Below are positions 1 to 13,968 of a stretch of DNA of 64,000 bases, piece after piece. The stretch comes from Somniosus microcephalus (taxonomy: Eukaryota), in the NCBI GenBank assembly GCA_052327205.1, contig CM126220.1, forward strand, positions 34,348,001 through 34,412,000, read 5' to 3'. The stretch's first letter is position 1; each line of letters begins with the position of its first letter. A program made the translations under genes and the position numbers. The notes beneath the pieces were generated by a model. The model searched no databases. It was not told where the DNA came from and worked only from the letters and a program-made list of their open reading frames with translations.

Positions 1-763
1 CATCGAGTTCTAGCCAACCCACGCGATTTTGACTTGATTGACCTTGCTGAGCCCACCCAGCGGGCTCAGCAGGCCAATTAAGGGCCACCCGGCAACAGGT
101 GACGTCACAGATTGATATTTCATCTGTCAAGACCTTTTGACAGATGAAATATCAGCGTTTCACAGCTGTTTGAAGCTGTCAAACATTGACAATCTGTATT
201 CTAAGTTAATTCCTTCCTCTCAGGATGATTTAGAGATCTCCCCGGAACAGAAAGCTGAATGCTGCAATTTTTGACAGCTCGCAGCCATTCTGCTTTCTGT
301 GCCAGTGAGATGAGGGACTCCCGCGACCTGAAGGAAGGAAGGCTGTAAAGGTATGTAAAATTATTTAAACACTTTAAACACACCAAACACACTTACCTCT
401 GCACTCATGCACCCATCACTCACCTGAACACCGGACATCTCGACCCCTCCAAGCCCTTCATCCCGACGGTCCGCCTCCTCTAACTTGGTGTGGTTTGGAG
501 CCGTCGGGAATCCCACACTTCAACATTAAAAATAGGGATTAGGCTAAAAACTGCCTGTTAACTACCTGTTAACAGGCAGTTAATTGGCACTAATCCCCTT
601 CCCGCCTCGGGGAGGCGGGTCCCAGTGCGGGCCGGGTACACGCCTCCTTTGAAACTGGCATGGAGGCGGGTTGGGGGTGGGATGGGTTCGTGCCCCCCGA
701 TTTCAGGATTTTAACCCCCACACGCCTCCAATCCCACCTCCATGGCCCAATGAAAATCTGCCC
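1..763. mobile_element. Non-autonomous DNA transposon (Harbinger-like MITE), right part
   Basis: Ends gaaaatctgccc at 763, a terminus type also seen on other elements here; GC-rich; several internal inverted repeats. Confidence 0.5.
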
Positions 764-3700
764 ATAATGTGAATAGGTGCGTCTTTTAAAAGAGGTTTTT
801 TTTCAGAACTCAGGCTTCTAAAAGGCAGCACCTGTCGTAAACAACTGATAAAAACTGTGCCTTCAGATTTTTGATGCTGGAAAGAAGTTACCTTTGGGTC
901 AATCATCAAAGTGCCACTATTTCAACTTAATAAAATGTTACTTTACATGGAGTGAGGGAAAGTTCCATTCTACAAAATTACAACTGGGCCCTGTAGTTGC
1001 ACCAAACAAATAGTCTGCATCAGAAGTTTTGACTAGAATATAGCTGAAATAGGTGAGGAAATTGCTATACTCAATGACGTTTGCTGAGCAATGTGTACCT
1101 ACCCCGCCCCCAACACAGTATCATAAAAAATCAGAATACTGTACAAGATGAAAACAAATGATTAACTACAGACACATATCTCTCGTGGACTACAGAGCAG
1201 AAGTTACGCTATTTTAATAAATCTACCAAAATAGCACACAATCTTCAAAATTATTATAAGCTATTACATCCTCTGACCAACCGGAAGGAAATGACCTCCA
1301 GGTTCACAAGCAAACACTACCAAACTTAAAGCCGCAGAAGCTGAAAGTATGAACTGAATGTTGCTAATCAGCTGACTGCACTAATAATCTCCCAGAAAAT
1401 TGCCACTTTTTAAATATATACCAGAGCGAGGGGTGGGTAGGAGCTTCTTTTGTTAGGCTTCTTTGCAATAAAAGTAAAGGGAAAATTATTGCAGAGCATT
1501 TTTCCGCTACGATTTTACACCTTAACTAATTTCAAAAAACACAGGGAGAGACGCAGAGAAATATATTAACTTTTGGTTGAGCAGATGAGGTTCAGATATG
1601 CACATTTGGTTAGCCAAGAGACTGCATTGCTTGCAGTCCAGCCTCAGATAATGAAAGCGGCCTTTCCCTGCTCTAGGGATCCCAGTGAATTGGTTTAGGC
1701 AGTAACAGCCCAGTTTCCAGTGCATACAGGTTCACGACGCAACAAAGATGCAGAAATCAGCCATCTTACTCAGAGAAGATGCAAGGATGGTTTACGTGGG
1801 TAGAGGGTACTCGACATGAACTTGGAATTAATCTTTATTACAGCAGAGTAGAAGGAGTTCCATTCTGCATTACGTCCGTGCTATGTCTATTGAGGTGTTC
1901 TCGCCAAACTATAGGTCACTACTAGTGAACTAACATGTAGTATAAATATCAGCATCCTGTTTATCATGCTTTAATCCTCAACTAGCTTGAAGAATATTGC
2001 TGTTGATGGTGATGTCAAAGACATTTATTAAAAAGGAACGTCACCTTTCATATGTACTAATGAAATTCAGCTAACCAAGATACAGAACATGCTAGATTTA
2101 GATATTTTTTCATCTGCAAATGTCATCAAGCATAAAACCTAAATTCAGAAATGCTTTATATACTTTCTTGACAACCGTATCCAACTCTATTGGCTCAAGT
2201 TTCTTCTGTAGACTACAGAAGCTAGATATAGGAGGCTCCAAGCTGACCTTTGTCCCCATTTTCCCTGACAATATGCTTCCGATAAGATCCAGAGAATGCA
2301 CAAGGCTCCATTCACACTTCAGTGATCAAAAACAAGGGGCCACCGGTGCTTTCTGCACCTAGTGAGAAAAATAAAAATTCCCTAAACAAGGAATTTACAG
2401 AGATAATTAAATCTTTCCATCTGTTAACATTCTAATAATGATCTAATTTGTAGAAAGCTCCATTTGGTACCTCAAAGCCTCGCAGACACTTGGCTGAAGT
2501 AAATTGATCCCTCCCAAGTTGTTCTCTCGTGTAACTCTCATTAAACAGCCAGTTTCACGTCCATCAACTTTGCTGTTCCGTATCTGGGAAGGCTAAGCAG
2601 ACATACAAGCCAAGTATGTCGGCTGGCTTAATTTGTAGCACAGATTGTCATGGTGCTCCCATACTACATTTTATTTTTGAAGATTTCAATAAGTTTGCCA
2701 CACTGTGTCACTAAGTATCACAAATGTTCAATTTTATTTGGAGTATGCCAAACCAAGACAGAAAATTGTTCTTGAATTATTCAATTGCCCTCATTGCACA
2801 AAGTACCCCATAGCATTTGTGTTTTTATTTATTTATTTATTTACAAAAAGGCTTGTGAGAAATGAAAGAGCATTTACTCAGTGAAGAGCCAATACTGAAC
2901 TATTGATCCTCAGTGAGTTCTTGATTCTATAATAATGGGACTATAAATGCACACTGGAAGATTTGAGTAACAGCCATTTGCTTTAGCAGTTTTATTTCTT
3001 TTCAGCATATAAGGAGAGTTAAGAGGCTGGTATTAACAGAACTCTCTGATCCTGAAAAGCAGATACAAAAGAACAGTTTCAGTATCAGATTACTGTTGTT
3101 TTACAGGGTATGTCTCATTAGAGAGTGCACCAAATCCACCAGAATTCCACTGGATTAGAGTTTAATTTTTGTTTTTAAAGCAAACAAATGGATTGATGCC
3201 TGCACAATTCTGATAATCGGTTTTATAATCTTCATTGCTTAAAAAGTGAATGACTAGCAATTACCACAGAACGTTAATATTCTGGTAGGTCTCACCATGT
3301 CTCTGTAACTACCATTACATATGCAATTTGTTATGGTCATTCAATCATGCCCACCACATGGGGAATTCAAACACCTATTTTCCCATACACAGCAATACTT
3401 AAAAGCATCATGTATGTAAACTGATATAATGGATTAATGGCTTTAGTTTTAGTATTCGCCACACAATCGAACAAAGAATTTGCAGGTTTATTATGACTCA
3501 CGCACACACAGAGAGCCTTCTGCTGCTCCTAATGTGGTACGTCTCCCTGGCCGAATCCCTCTCACACTCCACGTACTTCCAATTGCATTGCTCTGCTAAT
3601 TCTGCTTTGCCCTTAAAGTCTCACTGTCCACTCCAAATCTCTCTACTACTATCCCCTTTCCTCATTTACCTGGGTGGTTTCAGACCATTTGAATTTTAAA

Positions 3701-4419
3701 GTTTCTTTTCCCACTGTCTTTCCATTTCATTAGCTCGGAATCTTTACTCTTGGCTTTTGATTCTTCCTTTCCTTTCCTCGCCAACTTGTGGTGGCCGGGC
3801 CTAATCTGCAGTTAATATTCAATCTCTCCATCTTGTACCGAAGTTTAGCACTGGAGGACTACCAGCACATGTGGGAGGAGCAGGAGTCTGTGCCTTTTGA
3901 AAAAAGGGGGGTGAAAGGGGTTTGAATTGAGAAATAAAGTATTTAGGATTCTTTGAGTCTTAAACAAAACTGGCCTCCATCATCATTTCATCATGGAGTG
4001 AAGAGTGAGCTAAGGAAGCAAAATGTCCAATGACGTTTATTCAATAGGCTTGCATAACACAAATAAAAGGTTTATGGGCTCAGTTACAGATTGTAATGCA
4101 TTAACAATTTCATTGTAAAAGTAAACTAAAGCCTTTATTTTGGTTTTAAATTGGTAACTTAGAAATGTAGACAATCATGAGCGTACAAACCAACCCTTTC
4201 ATGAAACACAATGGGAATGGAGCCACACACTACAGTCTAAGGAAGCCATTGCTTTGAAGTTCCATTTTACAGGCTTGGACGAAACAAGATTGGGCACAAT
4301 AAGCTCATTGACAGATTTTGTCACCAAGGAAAGATTAGCTGCAAGTTATGAATTGAAATGGGTTAAAGGAGCAGTATTATTTTGATAGGAATAGAATGTG
4401 CCAGCGGTAGAATAGGGAA

Positions 4420-5435
4420 TCTTAAGATTCCACAACTAAATCTGCACAGAGCCAGGTGGAGCTGGTTAGGTGCAGAGCAGAGAGTACCCACTTCCTTTTT
4501 CTAATGCTTAAAGAAAGGGTAATACTGATTAGAGATGAAAAAGGAAATTTTCTTAAGGAGAATGAAGTAATGGCATCGATTCCAAATGAATACTTGCTTT
4601 TTGTTTTCACCAAAGAGTGTGGCAGTGGAAATGAAAGGGTACTAGAGGAGGAGGTCGAGCTATTAGAAAGGATAACTATAGATAAGGAATTAGTACAGAA
4701 AAAAACTGGTAGAATTCTAAGTGGAGAAGGAGCCGGGTCCTGATGGCACACATCCTAGAACGTTCAAGGAAATAGAAGAAGCTCTGACCACAATCTTTCA
4801 AACATGCTTGGATATGGAAGTTGTGCCAGAGGACTTGAGGGTTGCTGATTTAACACCGCAGATGAACAAAGGATTAAGGGATAAATCCAGTCAGGCTAAC
4901 ATCTGTAACGCTTAAGCTTCTAGAAGCCATAATACTGGGTAAAATTAATACTCACTTAGAAAGACATGGGTTAACTAAAGACAGCAAGTACAGATTTCTA
5001 AAAGGAACTATCATACCAGAGGTGTTGACAGACTGGAGAAATTGGGGCTCTTTTCATTAGAATAGAGAAGGTTAAGAGGAGATCTGAAAGAGCTGTTCAA
5101 AATGATGAAGGATTTTGATAAAGTAAATGGGGGAAATCGACTTCCACTGGTTGGTGAGTCAGAAACTAGAGGGCAAAAAGAATCATCATCAAAAGAACTA
5201 AGGGAGAGGCCAGGAAAATGTTTTTTGCAGAGGATTGTTAGGACCTGGACTGTCCCATCAGAAACAGTGGTGGAAGAGAATACATAATAGCTTTTAAGAG
5301 AAGTAGATCAATATTTGAAAAAGAAGCAATATAAAAGGGTATGGGAGAAAAAGGAAGACTAACGGGAATAAGTGGGTAGTTCTTTTAAAGCCTAAGCACA
5401 ATGGGCTGAATGGTGTCCTCTGTGCTGTAACATTC
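4420..5435 (+). mobile_element. Old decayed CR1 LINE (ORF2 fragments plus 3' UTR)
   Basis: PGPDGTHPR, VPEDLRVADLTP and FLQRIVRTW remnants homologous to the CR1 at 7461-9495; frameshifts and internal deletions. Confidence 0.85.
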
Positions 5436-5496
5436 TACATCCAGAAATTCTTGCTCCTGATTACAGAGAAAGCAACTATCAAGTCCTGCTCCATTA

Positions 5497-5630
5497 CATA
5501 GGAACAGGAGTAGGCCATTCAGCCCCTCAAGCCTGTCACATCATTCAATCAGACCATGGCGGATCTGTATCTTAACTCCATCTACCAGCCTTGGTTCCAT
5601 AACCCTTAATAACCTTGCCTAACAAAAACC
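5497..5630 (-). mobile_element. CR1 3'-end fragment
   Basis: cataggaacaggagtaggccattcagcccctc is the reverse complement of the CR1 tail. Confidence 0.8.
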
Positions 5631-7399
5631 ACTCAGGACAAAGCTCGAGCTCCTTTTGTTTTTAAAATGTTTTAATCAAATCAGCAGTGGCTGGTGGTTA
5701 CCACTAATCCGCAATTAAAATAAAATGCCAAAGGAGCATGAAGCCCTGTGGAGGCTGAACAGAAACTGGGATGACGCCTGTCTTAGTGCCTAGTGCAAAT
5801 GGGACAGTAAGTTCAGTGATCACTTCAATATCCAGGACAGATGACCCCCCTTCACAATCTAAAAGGCAACTATTACAAATTTAGCATGGACCGGACACTA
5901 TCCAAATTTCTGCTGAGCTGTTAATGGGAGACTGTGAGTGTAGGCCATATACTTCCCTACAGGCAGGGAAGATTTGTGGCAGAAGTCACCCTGAGCAACT
6001 CTGGCACCGATATTATTAACCAGTTCAAGTGGCATGTGCCTGGACAAAGGTTGGCTTTCTGCCCACATGGCAAGAGTGTGGCATGACATGGGGGGCGGTT
6101 AAATGAGTGAAAAACTGATCATGATAAAACAAAAGAAAAATATAAAACATTTGAGGCTTATTCCTCATATGAGCACAGCCAGATGTTGATTACAAGGTTA
6201 AAGGAGTCCATGAGTACGACTTAAACAAAGGTTTAAAGAATTATGATTAGCTGGAACATCTTCTTATTTTATCTACTACGTTGATTTATATTTGTTTAAA
6301 TAATGAGTAGTGTTGATGTAAACCCAGGGGGCTTGCTTGAGTTACTGAGCCAGGCTTTTGCAAAGGAGATGAATTAACACACAGAGCTGAAATGTTTTGA
6401 CAGCTGATGTATGTATCTTCTGATAATTCAGCTCTTTCACACTGCTCAGGCCCAGTAACTGCTCCGATCCACGAGCGTCACTAATATGACCATCCCTTGC
6501 TGTTTAAATAAAAACAGAACGAACAAAAATGATGCTAAATGTTTTTGTGGCTGATTTTCATGGGGGAGGGGCACTCACTCTTTTAAGGTAATACTATCTG
6601 ACACCAATAATCTGATAAGTCAGAAAGTATTTTTGTATAAAGATAGAAATTGCACAAGTATTATAGCCAGATGTACAGTTTTACAGACCTCAAGCTGACT
6701 ACTGCCAATAAATACTTAAATACCATGCAGTACAGTACTTAGCTGCATCATGCTATGACTTTCAATACAGATTTGTTTTCATGTAGACAGGAACCCTGTC
6801 TGGGAGGGAAATGTAGCATTGTTTCCCTCAAAAAAAACATTTCTCTGCAAGAAATGTAAACATAACATTTAACAAAAATCAACATGCATATAAAATAAAG
6901 ATTAAAACACAGGAAAGGGAACATTAGCAATTATATTGAAAGTTGGCTACTGTCCCAACCAACTAAATTAAGTTACTGTACTTGTGTCTTTAAAGAAACT
7001 AGTGTATGGATGGTAAGTAAACCAGCCAAGACACCAAAAGATCACGTACCCTTGAGACCGCAGATAATGCATTAATGGTTTAAACACCGGCATCTGTCTC
7101 TGGACTTAGAGCTCCTTTATTTCCAGACTGAAATACCACCATTCTTCAATAACTAAAAGTGTTTTATTCATGGATAATGGAACATTACTTTTTCAAATGC
7201 AAACATTTCTTTTACCAAAGCGTCCAGAGTAAACACATTATTCTTTATGTAACAGTAAAATTATACCTAAAAGAGCTTTACTATCACCCTGTTCTTTTTC
7301 CACTATTTTTTTCTGGCATTTAGTAATTTGCCTATAAATACACCCATTTGCTTAAATATGAAGAATTTTGGGAAAGGTTGTAAATTTTTGCATGCTTTT

Positions 7400-9826
7400 C
7401 ATAGAATCGAACAGCACAGAAGTAGACCAGTCGGCCCATTGTGTATGATCAGCTCTTTGAAGGTGACTCAACCGTGGCTAACAAGGAAAATTAGGGATAG
7501 CATAAGATTCAAGGAGAGGACATATAAATTGGCCAGAAAAAGCAGCAAACCTGAGGATTGGGAGCAGTTTAGGATTCAACAAAGGAGGACAAAGGGATTA
7601 ATTAAGAGGGGGAAAATAGAGTATGAGAGTAAGCTTGCAGAGAACATAAAAACTGACTGTAAAAGCTTCTATCGATATGTGAAGAGAAAAAGATTGGTGA
7701 AGTCAAGCGTAGGTCCCTTGCAGTCAGAATCAGGGGAATTTATAATGGGGAACATAGAAATGGCAGACCAATTAAATACATACTTTGGTTCTGTCTTCAC
7801 AAAGGAGGACACAAATAACCTCCCAGAGATGTCAGGGAACATAGGGTCTAATGAGAGGAAGGAACTGAATGAAATCAGTATTTGTAGTGAAATGGTGTTA
7901 AGGAAATTGACGGGATTGAAGGCCGATAAATCCCCAGGGCCTGATAATCTACATCTTAGGGTACTTAAGGAAGTGGCCCTAGAAATAGTAGATGCATTGC
8001 TGGTCATCTTCCAAAATTCTATAGACTCTGGAACAGTTCCCATGGATTGGAGGGTAGCTAATGTTACCCCTCTATTCAAAAAAGGTGGTAGAGAGAAAAT
8101 GGGGAATTATAGACCAGTAAGCCTGACATCGGTAGTGGGGAAAATGCTAGAGTCCATTATAAAAGATGTAATAGCAGAGCACTTGGAAAACAGTGACAGG
8201 ATCGGACAAAGTCAACATGGATTTACAAAAGGTAAATCGTGCTCGACTAATCTACTGGAATTTTTTGAGGATGTAACTGGTAGAATAGATAAGGGAGAAC
8301 CAGTGGATGTGGTGTATTTGGACTTTCAGAAGGCTTTCGATAAGGTCCCGCATAAGAGATTAGCGTGTAAAGTTAAAGCACATGGGATTGGGGGCAAGGT
8401 ACTGACTTGGATAGAGAACTGGCTGGCAGACAGGAAGCAAAGAGTTGGAATAAACGGGTCTTTTTCCGAGTGGCAGGCAGTGACTAGTGTGGTACCGCAG
8501 GGATCGGTGCTGGGACCCCAGCTATTCACAATATATATTAATGATCTAGACGAGGGAACTAGATGTAATATCTCCAAGTTTGCAGATGACACAAAGCTGG
8601 GTGGGCGTGTGTGCTGTGAGGAGGATGCCGAGAAACTCCAGTATGATTTGGACAGGTTGGGTGATTGGGCAGATGCAGTATAATGTGGATTAATGTGAGG
8701 TTATCCACTTGGTGGCAAAAACAGGAAGGCAGATTATCCGAATGGCAATAGATTGGGAGAAGGGGAAGTGCAACGAGACCTGGGTGTCCTTGTGTACCAG
8801 TCGCTGAAGGTAAGCATGCAGGTGCAGCAGGCAGTTAAGAAGGCAAATGGTATGCTGGCCTTCGTAGCGAGAGGGTCCGAGTACAGGAGCAAGGATGTCT
8901 TGCTGCAGATGTACAGGGCCTTGGTGAGACCACACCTTGAGTATTGTGTGCAGTTTTGGTCGCCTTATCTGAGGAAGGATGTTCTTGCCATGGAGGGAGT
9001 GCAGCGAAGATTCACCAGACTGATACCTGGGATGGCAGGAATGACGTACGAGGAGAGATTGGGACGATTGGGCTTATACTCGCTGGAGTTTAGAAGAATG
9101 AGAGGGGATCTCATTGAAACTTATAAAATTCTAACAGGACTAGACAGACTTGATGCAGGAAGGATGTTCCCGATGGCGGGGGAGTCCAGAACCAGGGGTC
9201 ACAGTCTAAAGATAAGGGGTAAGCCATTTAGGACAGAGATGAGGAGGAATTTCTTCACCCAGAGAGTGGTGAACCTGTGGAATTCTCTACCACCGAAGGC
9301 AGTTGAGGCCAATTCATTAAATATATTCAAGAAGGAATTCGATATATTTCTTAAGGCTAGAGGGATCAAGGGATATGGGGAGAAGGCAGAGACAGGGTAC
9401 TGAGTTTGGATGATCAGCCATGATCTCATTGAATGGCGGAGCAGGCTCGAGGGGCCGAATGGCCTACTCCTGCTCCTATCTTCTATGTTTCTATCCAATT
9501 ATGCCCACTCCCCTGCTCTTTGCCCATAACTCTGCAAATGTCACTTTTTCAAGTATATATCCAATTCCTTTTTAAAAGTGACTATTGAATCTGCTTCCAC
9601 ACCATAACAACTCGGCAAGTAAAAAATATTCTCATTGCCCCTCCTGAATTTTTTTGCCAATTATCTTAAATCGGTGTCCTCTGGTTACCGACCCTCTTGC
9701 CAGTGGAAACAGTTTCTCCCTATCAACTCTATGAAAACCCCTCATAATTTTGAGCACCTCTATCAAATCTCCCTTTAACCTGCTCTGCCCTAAGGAGAAC
9801 AATCCCAGCTTTTCTAGTCTCTCCAT
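7400..9826 (-). mobile_element. Older CR1 3' fragment split in two (7400-7460 and ~9491-9826) by the young CR1
   Basis: Left piece ...cagctctttgaa and right piece atccaattatgcccactcccc rejoin into the tail seen intact near 62770-62815; ORF 9632-9826 ERLEKLGLFSL...TRGHRFKI. Confidence 0.8.
7461..9495 (+). mobile_element. Young 5'-truncated CR1 LINE, ORF2 reverse transcriptase with premature stop
   Basis: [37 protein letters not shown] and KFADD motifs; C-terminal ORF 8753-9403; 3' tail ...ctcctatcttctatgtttct. Confidence 0.97.
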
Positions 9827-11129
9827 TTTTCTTTAAAGAAAATCAATCCAAATTAAAATGAAGCCTAGAATTAACTCTGAAGTGTACCTAGACACCAGCT
9901 TTTTTTTTTAAAGTCAATATTTAGCAATAAAATTGGAGGGAGAAATTTACCCTCATGATTTTTCCTAGAAACTTTTTTAAATGGTATCTGTGAAGGAATT
10001 AATCGGCACATTAGCTGCTGTGTAGTACGCATGCAAAGAGGCCTCGAGACATTACAGTCACCCCTGGTGATATACTGCACATGGACCTCCTCTGTTTCAG
10101 AAAATTATGTCAAGTATTATAGATTTGCAGAGGTACTTGCTGACCAGCAGCCCAGGGCACACACAACCAACTGCTCCAACAAGGGAAAGATGATGTGACT
10201 GTCATAACTCCCAAGCTAGATGCATCAGATTGAATCCGGGAGATCAGGTAGCTCAGCAAACACCAGACATCAAACATTAGACCATCTAGTCTGCATGACT
10301 TAGTACTAAACCAGGTGATACCTTTATCGACAAAGCCAATAGTTTTTTTCTAAACGTATGGGAGCAATGCTAATACAACAGATGACAACCTTGGGAAAAA
10401 CAATGAAAGACACATCATGTGGGAGCAACATATTTTGGGACATTAGAATGAAACTCTTTAGTTACAGAAAGAAATCTCTTAAAACAGACAAGTGGTTTCC
10501 TGATTTACCCATTGTTGTGAAGAATAACAAATGGAGAATGTGAAAGTTTTTGTGAATGCTCAAACAAAAGCAGCACTGTTCATTTTTGTCAATACTGAGC
10601 AAACCAATACCCCAGTCTGCAAGCTTTACAAAAGCATGCAAGTACATGGAATTCATGCCCGTGGGCTTTGAAACATTGGATCGTGAACCTAAATCCAATA
10701 ATGAAATGGGACTGTGGCAGTTTCTGTGCCAATTCAAATCAAAGTAAACTTACTACTGCAGAAACAGGCTTGGAGCATTAATGGAAAAAAACTGGGAATT
10801 TATTTTATAGAAAAACAAAAAACAACACATTTTTGCTTTTAAAGTGATAAGTTAACATGTAAATGTTTCTTCTGTGTTATTTATGCCACTACATTCATCA
10901 GATAGGACAAATGTACAAGGAATTTTTATGGTTATCCTTTTAATTACTTACAAGAAAGCGGGTCTATGTGAAGCGTTTGGGTTGTATTCATTTTGAAGAT
11001 ATTTAACACGTGTCAAATAGTATCAATTTTCTTAAACATTCTAGTGTAAGACAGTAATATTACAAGAAGAAGTTAAAATCCACAGTAGGGGGCTTCTCTC
11101 CTTAAGCTGCTTCTTCCCCATACATTAAA

Positions 11130-12950
11130 TTATAGGTGAATGTCCTTCCTCTCAACAAAGACCAAAATCAAAGACAAGTAACCTATGGTTGTCATCAAAT
11201 GATACTGGAAATGATGCAGACTGTGACCAGGCGGAGAAAGTTCCAGCTGATCATCTCATTCCTAAGCAAAATACAACATATAAAATCGACCATATCTCAA
11301 TGGGCTGCACAACGCAAGAGTGCGTCGGTAGATGCCTCTGCACATACTCACAACTTTTCTGATACAGGTCATGAAGACAAAACACAGATTATAGAAGGAG
11401 GTTTGTCTAACATCTTGTGCAGCTGAGCTCTGGAGACAAAGCACACCTTAGATGAACTTTTAAAACCAGCCCGCGCACTTGATCTAGCTGAATGTCATGC
11501 AACAGATGTGGACACGAAGCAAGAAGTCTCCATCAAGCAGATAAATGCCAAGCACAATCCACTTCATGCCAAGGTGAAACTACAGTCAAGCCAGGTCAAC
11601 TTTAATCATATGTTATTACTGCCGTGCAAATTACTCCCATACTGGTGCTTGTCCAGCAAAGGGGCAAAGAATGTTGTGCACGCAGGAAACAAAATCACTC
11701 CTCCCAGAGCTGTCAGTTATCCAATTGCAGGTCTCTACAAAAACATACAATGAAATGTACTGGCTCAGGTAGATATCCACAAAAATATAGCCAGTCAAAA
11801 TAGCACAATGTGCAGCAAGTTACTGAAACAGAATCTACTGTATGGAACTCTGGCGACGGTGAGGCTTATTTATTTGCTATATATTGGAACAGCACTCTAT
11901 CGATTTGGCAAGTGGTAGCTTTCTCTCAAGTAGTCATTGCAAGATACCATTTCCTCTATGGAAGAAAATTGAAGTAAAGCTAAAAGAGTTGGAGGATAGT
12001 GAACATAAGACGTAGGAGCAGGAGTAGGCCATTCGGCCCCTCAAGCCTGCTCCACCATTTAATAAGATCATGGCTGATCTGATCTTGGCCTCAACTCCAC
12101 TTCCCTGCCCGCTCCCCGCTCCCCTAGTGATATAATAGAAGACTCAAATGGTCCTACACCTTGGGTGTTACCTTTAGTAATTGTCCCGGAGCCAAGAAAA
12201 TGTGCCAATATACAAGCAGAAAGCATAGCAATTGTGCATAAATGAAATAGTTCTCCAACTATGGGTGAAATTGTCACAGAAACAAATTAATTTTTTCAAA
12301 CGGTATACCTGAAACCTGAATATTATTAGCTAGAGCTCAATGAGGCGAGCACATTATAATGTTTGCAACCCACGTTGGTTTAAGGCGAAACAAAACATAA
12401 CGTGCAGTATACCTTCAGAAGCAGAGATATTTCAAGATATCACCCAACATGTTACTAAAGGAATTCCAGGCATTTTGAATGCAGATTATGATATTCGGAT
12501 ACACGTAGCCAATCATGCAGAGCGTGACACAGCCCTAGGCACTGTTTTTACAGGCTACAAGAATGCATTTGGTAGAGGACAAACAGACTATTTCGGACCA
12601 ATCTGGGCAAAGCAGAATGCCACCAGATCCCCAAAAAGTCAACACAACCCACAATGCACAGCTCCAAGTATCAAAAATCTGCAATCGTCCAGGCAGTTAC
12701 TTAATCTTCCCATTTTATTCCAATTTGGCTACAATTACAGAACCAGTGAGAACTAGCAACTAAACATATCATCTTCAAGTGGTAAGGCAAGCATGATCAT
12801 TACCTCCTTCAGATCAAGCAACCATTGTCTAATCATACAATGATGGCTTATTATACATTAATAGGCCAATGGAGATCAATGTTGATGCTAGTTAGAAATT
12901 AAGAGCCATACTTATGATGATCAATTATTTATGCTAGTTGATCAGTCAAT
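11130..12950 (+). mobile_element. Highly decayed Gypsy-type LTR retrotransposon internal region (gag-pol relics)
   Basis: Gag-like DTGND..DQA...DH..PKQNTTY near 11200-11280; RT-like AEIFQD...GIPGILN..YDI, PDPQKV and NLATITEPVR at 12410-12755; many frameshifts; no LTRs seen. Confidence 0.6.
12003..12128 (-). mobile_element. CR1 3'-tail fragment inserted in the Gypsy relic
   Basis: acataagacgtaggagcaggagtaggccattcggcccctcaagcc. Confidence 0.8.
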
Positions 12951-13611
12951 TCCGCAGAGCGGTGCTACAGCCAGATTAATCGGGAAGCATCGGCAATTAT
13001 TTGGCCCGTGCAACAATTTCACCGCATTCCAGACTTTTCGCATATTTATCAACTTCTGAGATACATGGTTGTTACAGATGTCCAGGTAGTTTTATAAAAT
13101 CAAAAAATTTCCTACTCATTGCTTTCACACTCAGCAGAAAAGCAAACATGGTTTCAAAGTTAGAGGCAAATAAGTTAACTTTCTGATTCGGCCAAGTTCA
13201 GAACCCCGAATGGAATGAAAATACTTTTTTAATATTTAGTTTGGGGGGGGGGGTGCGGAAATGAGTCATTTTATTTTCTTCTGGTTGTTTTCTCTTATTC
13301 TGGGCCCATTACTTGAAACCCAGAGAATAGCACCCAACAACAATGAGAGAATATGACACCTGTGCTTCTAAATGGTTCTTTGAAACCAAGCCCATGTCAG
13401 AAATTGTACTTTAAAAAAAAAGCCCAGACTTTTAGTAAGCCAAAAATGAATCAAGCCTTCTTCTCACTATACACCTGGCCATTTTCTTTGCCTTTTAAAA
13501 TATTTTTTCCCCCTCAAAAGGATAGAATTTAAAAATCAGGTTTTATTGGTTTAACCTGAAAAATAGAAATCGAAATCCTGAATATACAATAAGACGGTGA
13601 TATTTGTGAGC

Positions 13612-13968
13612 AATAAGTGCTGCACTGTCGGAGGTGCCGTCTTTCGGGTGAGACGTTAAACTGAGGCCCCGTCTGCTCTCTCAGGTGGACGTAAAAGATC
13701 CCATGGCACTATTTTGAAGAAGAGTGGGGGAGTTATCCCCGGTGTCCTGGCCAATATTTATCCCTCAACCAACATAACAAAAAACAGATTATCTGGTCAT
13801 TATCACGTTGCTGTTTGTGGGAGCTTGCAGTGCGCAAATTGGCTGCCGCGTTTCCCACATTACAACAATGACTCCACTTCAAAAAGTACTTCATTGGCTG
13901 TAAAGCGCTTTGAGTCGTCCAGTGGTCGTGAAAGGCACTATATAAATGCAAGTCTTTCTTTCTTTCAA
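13612..13968 (+). mobile_element. DeuSINE (SacSINE1-like), 5'-truncated
   Basis: Deu-domain gtcggaggtgccgtctttcgg...gtaaaagatcccatggcact...ggccaatatttatccctcaacc; tail tatataaatgcaagtctttctttctttc. Confidence 0.88.

Noticed and set aside
7328-7460. N-terminus of the 451-aa ORF
   Set aside because: Chance read-in from flanking DNA and an antisense CR1 tail; CR1 homology starts near 7461
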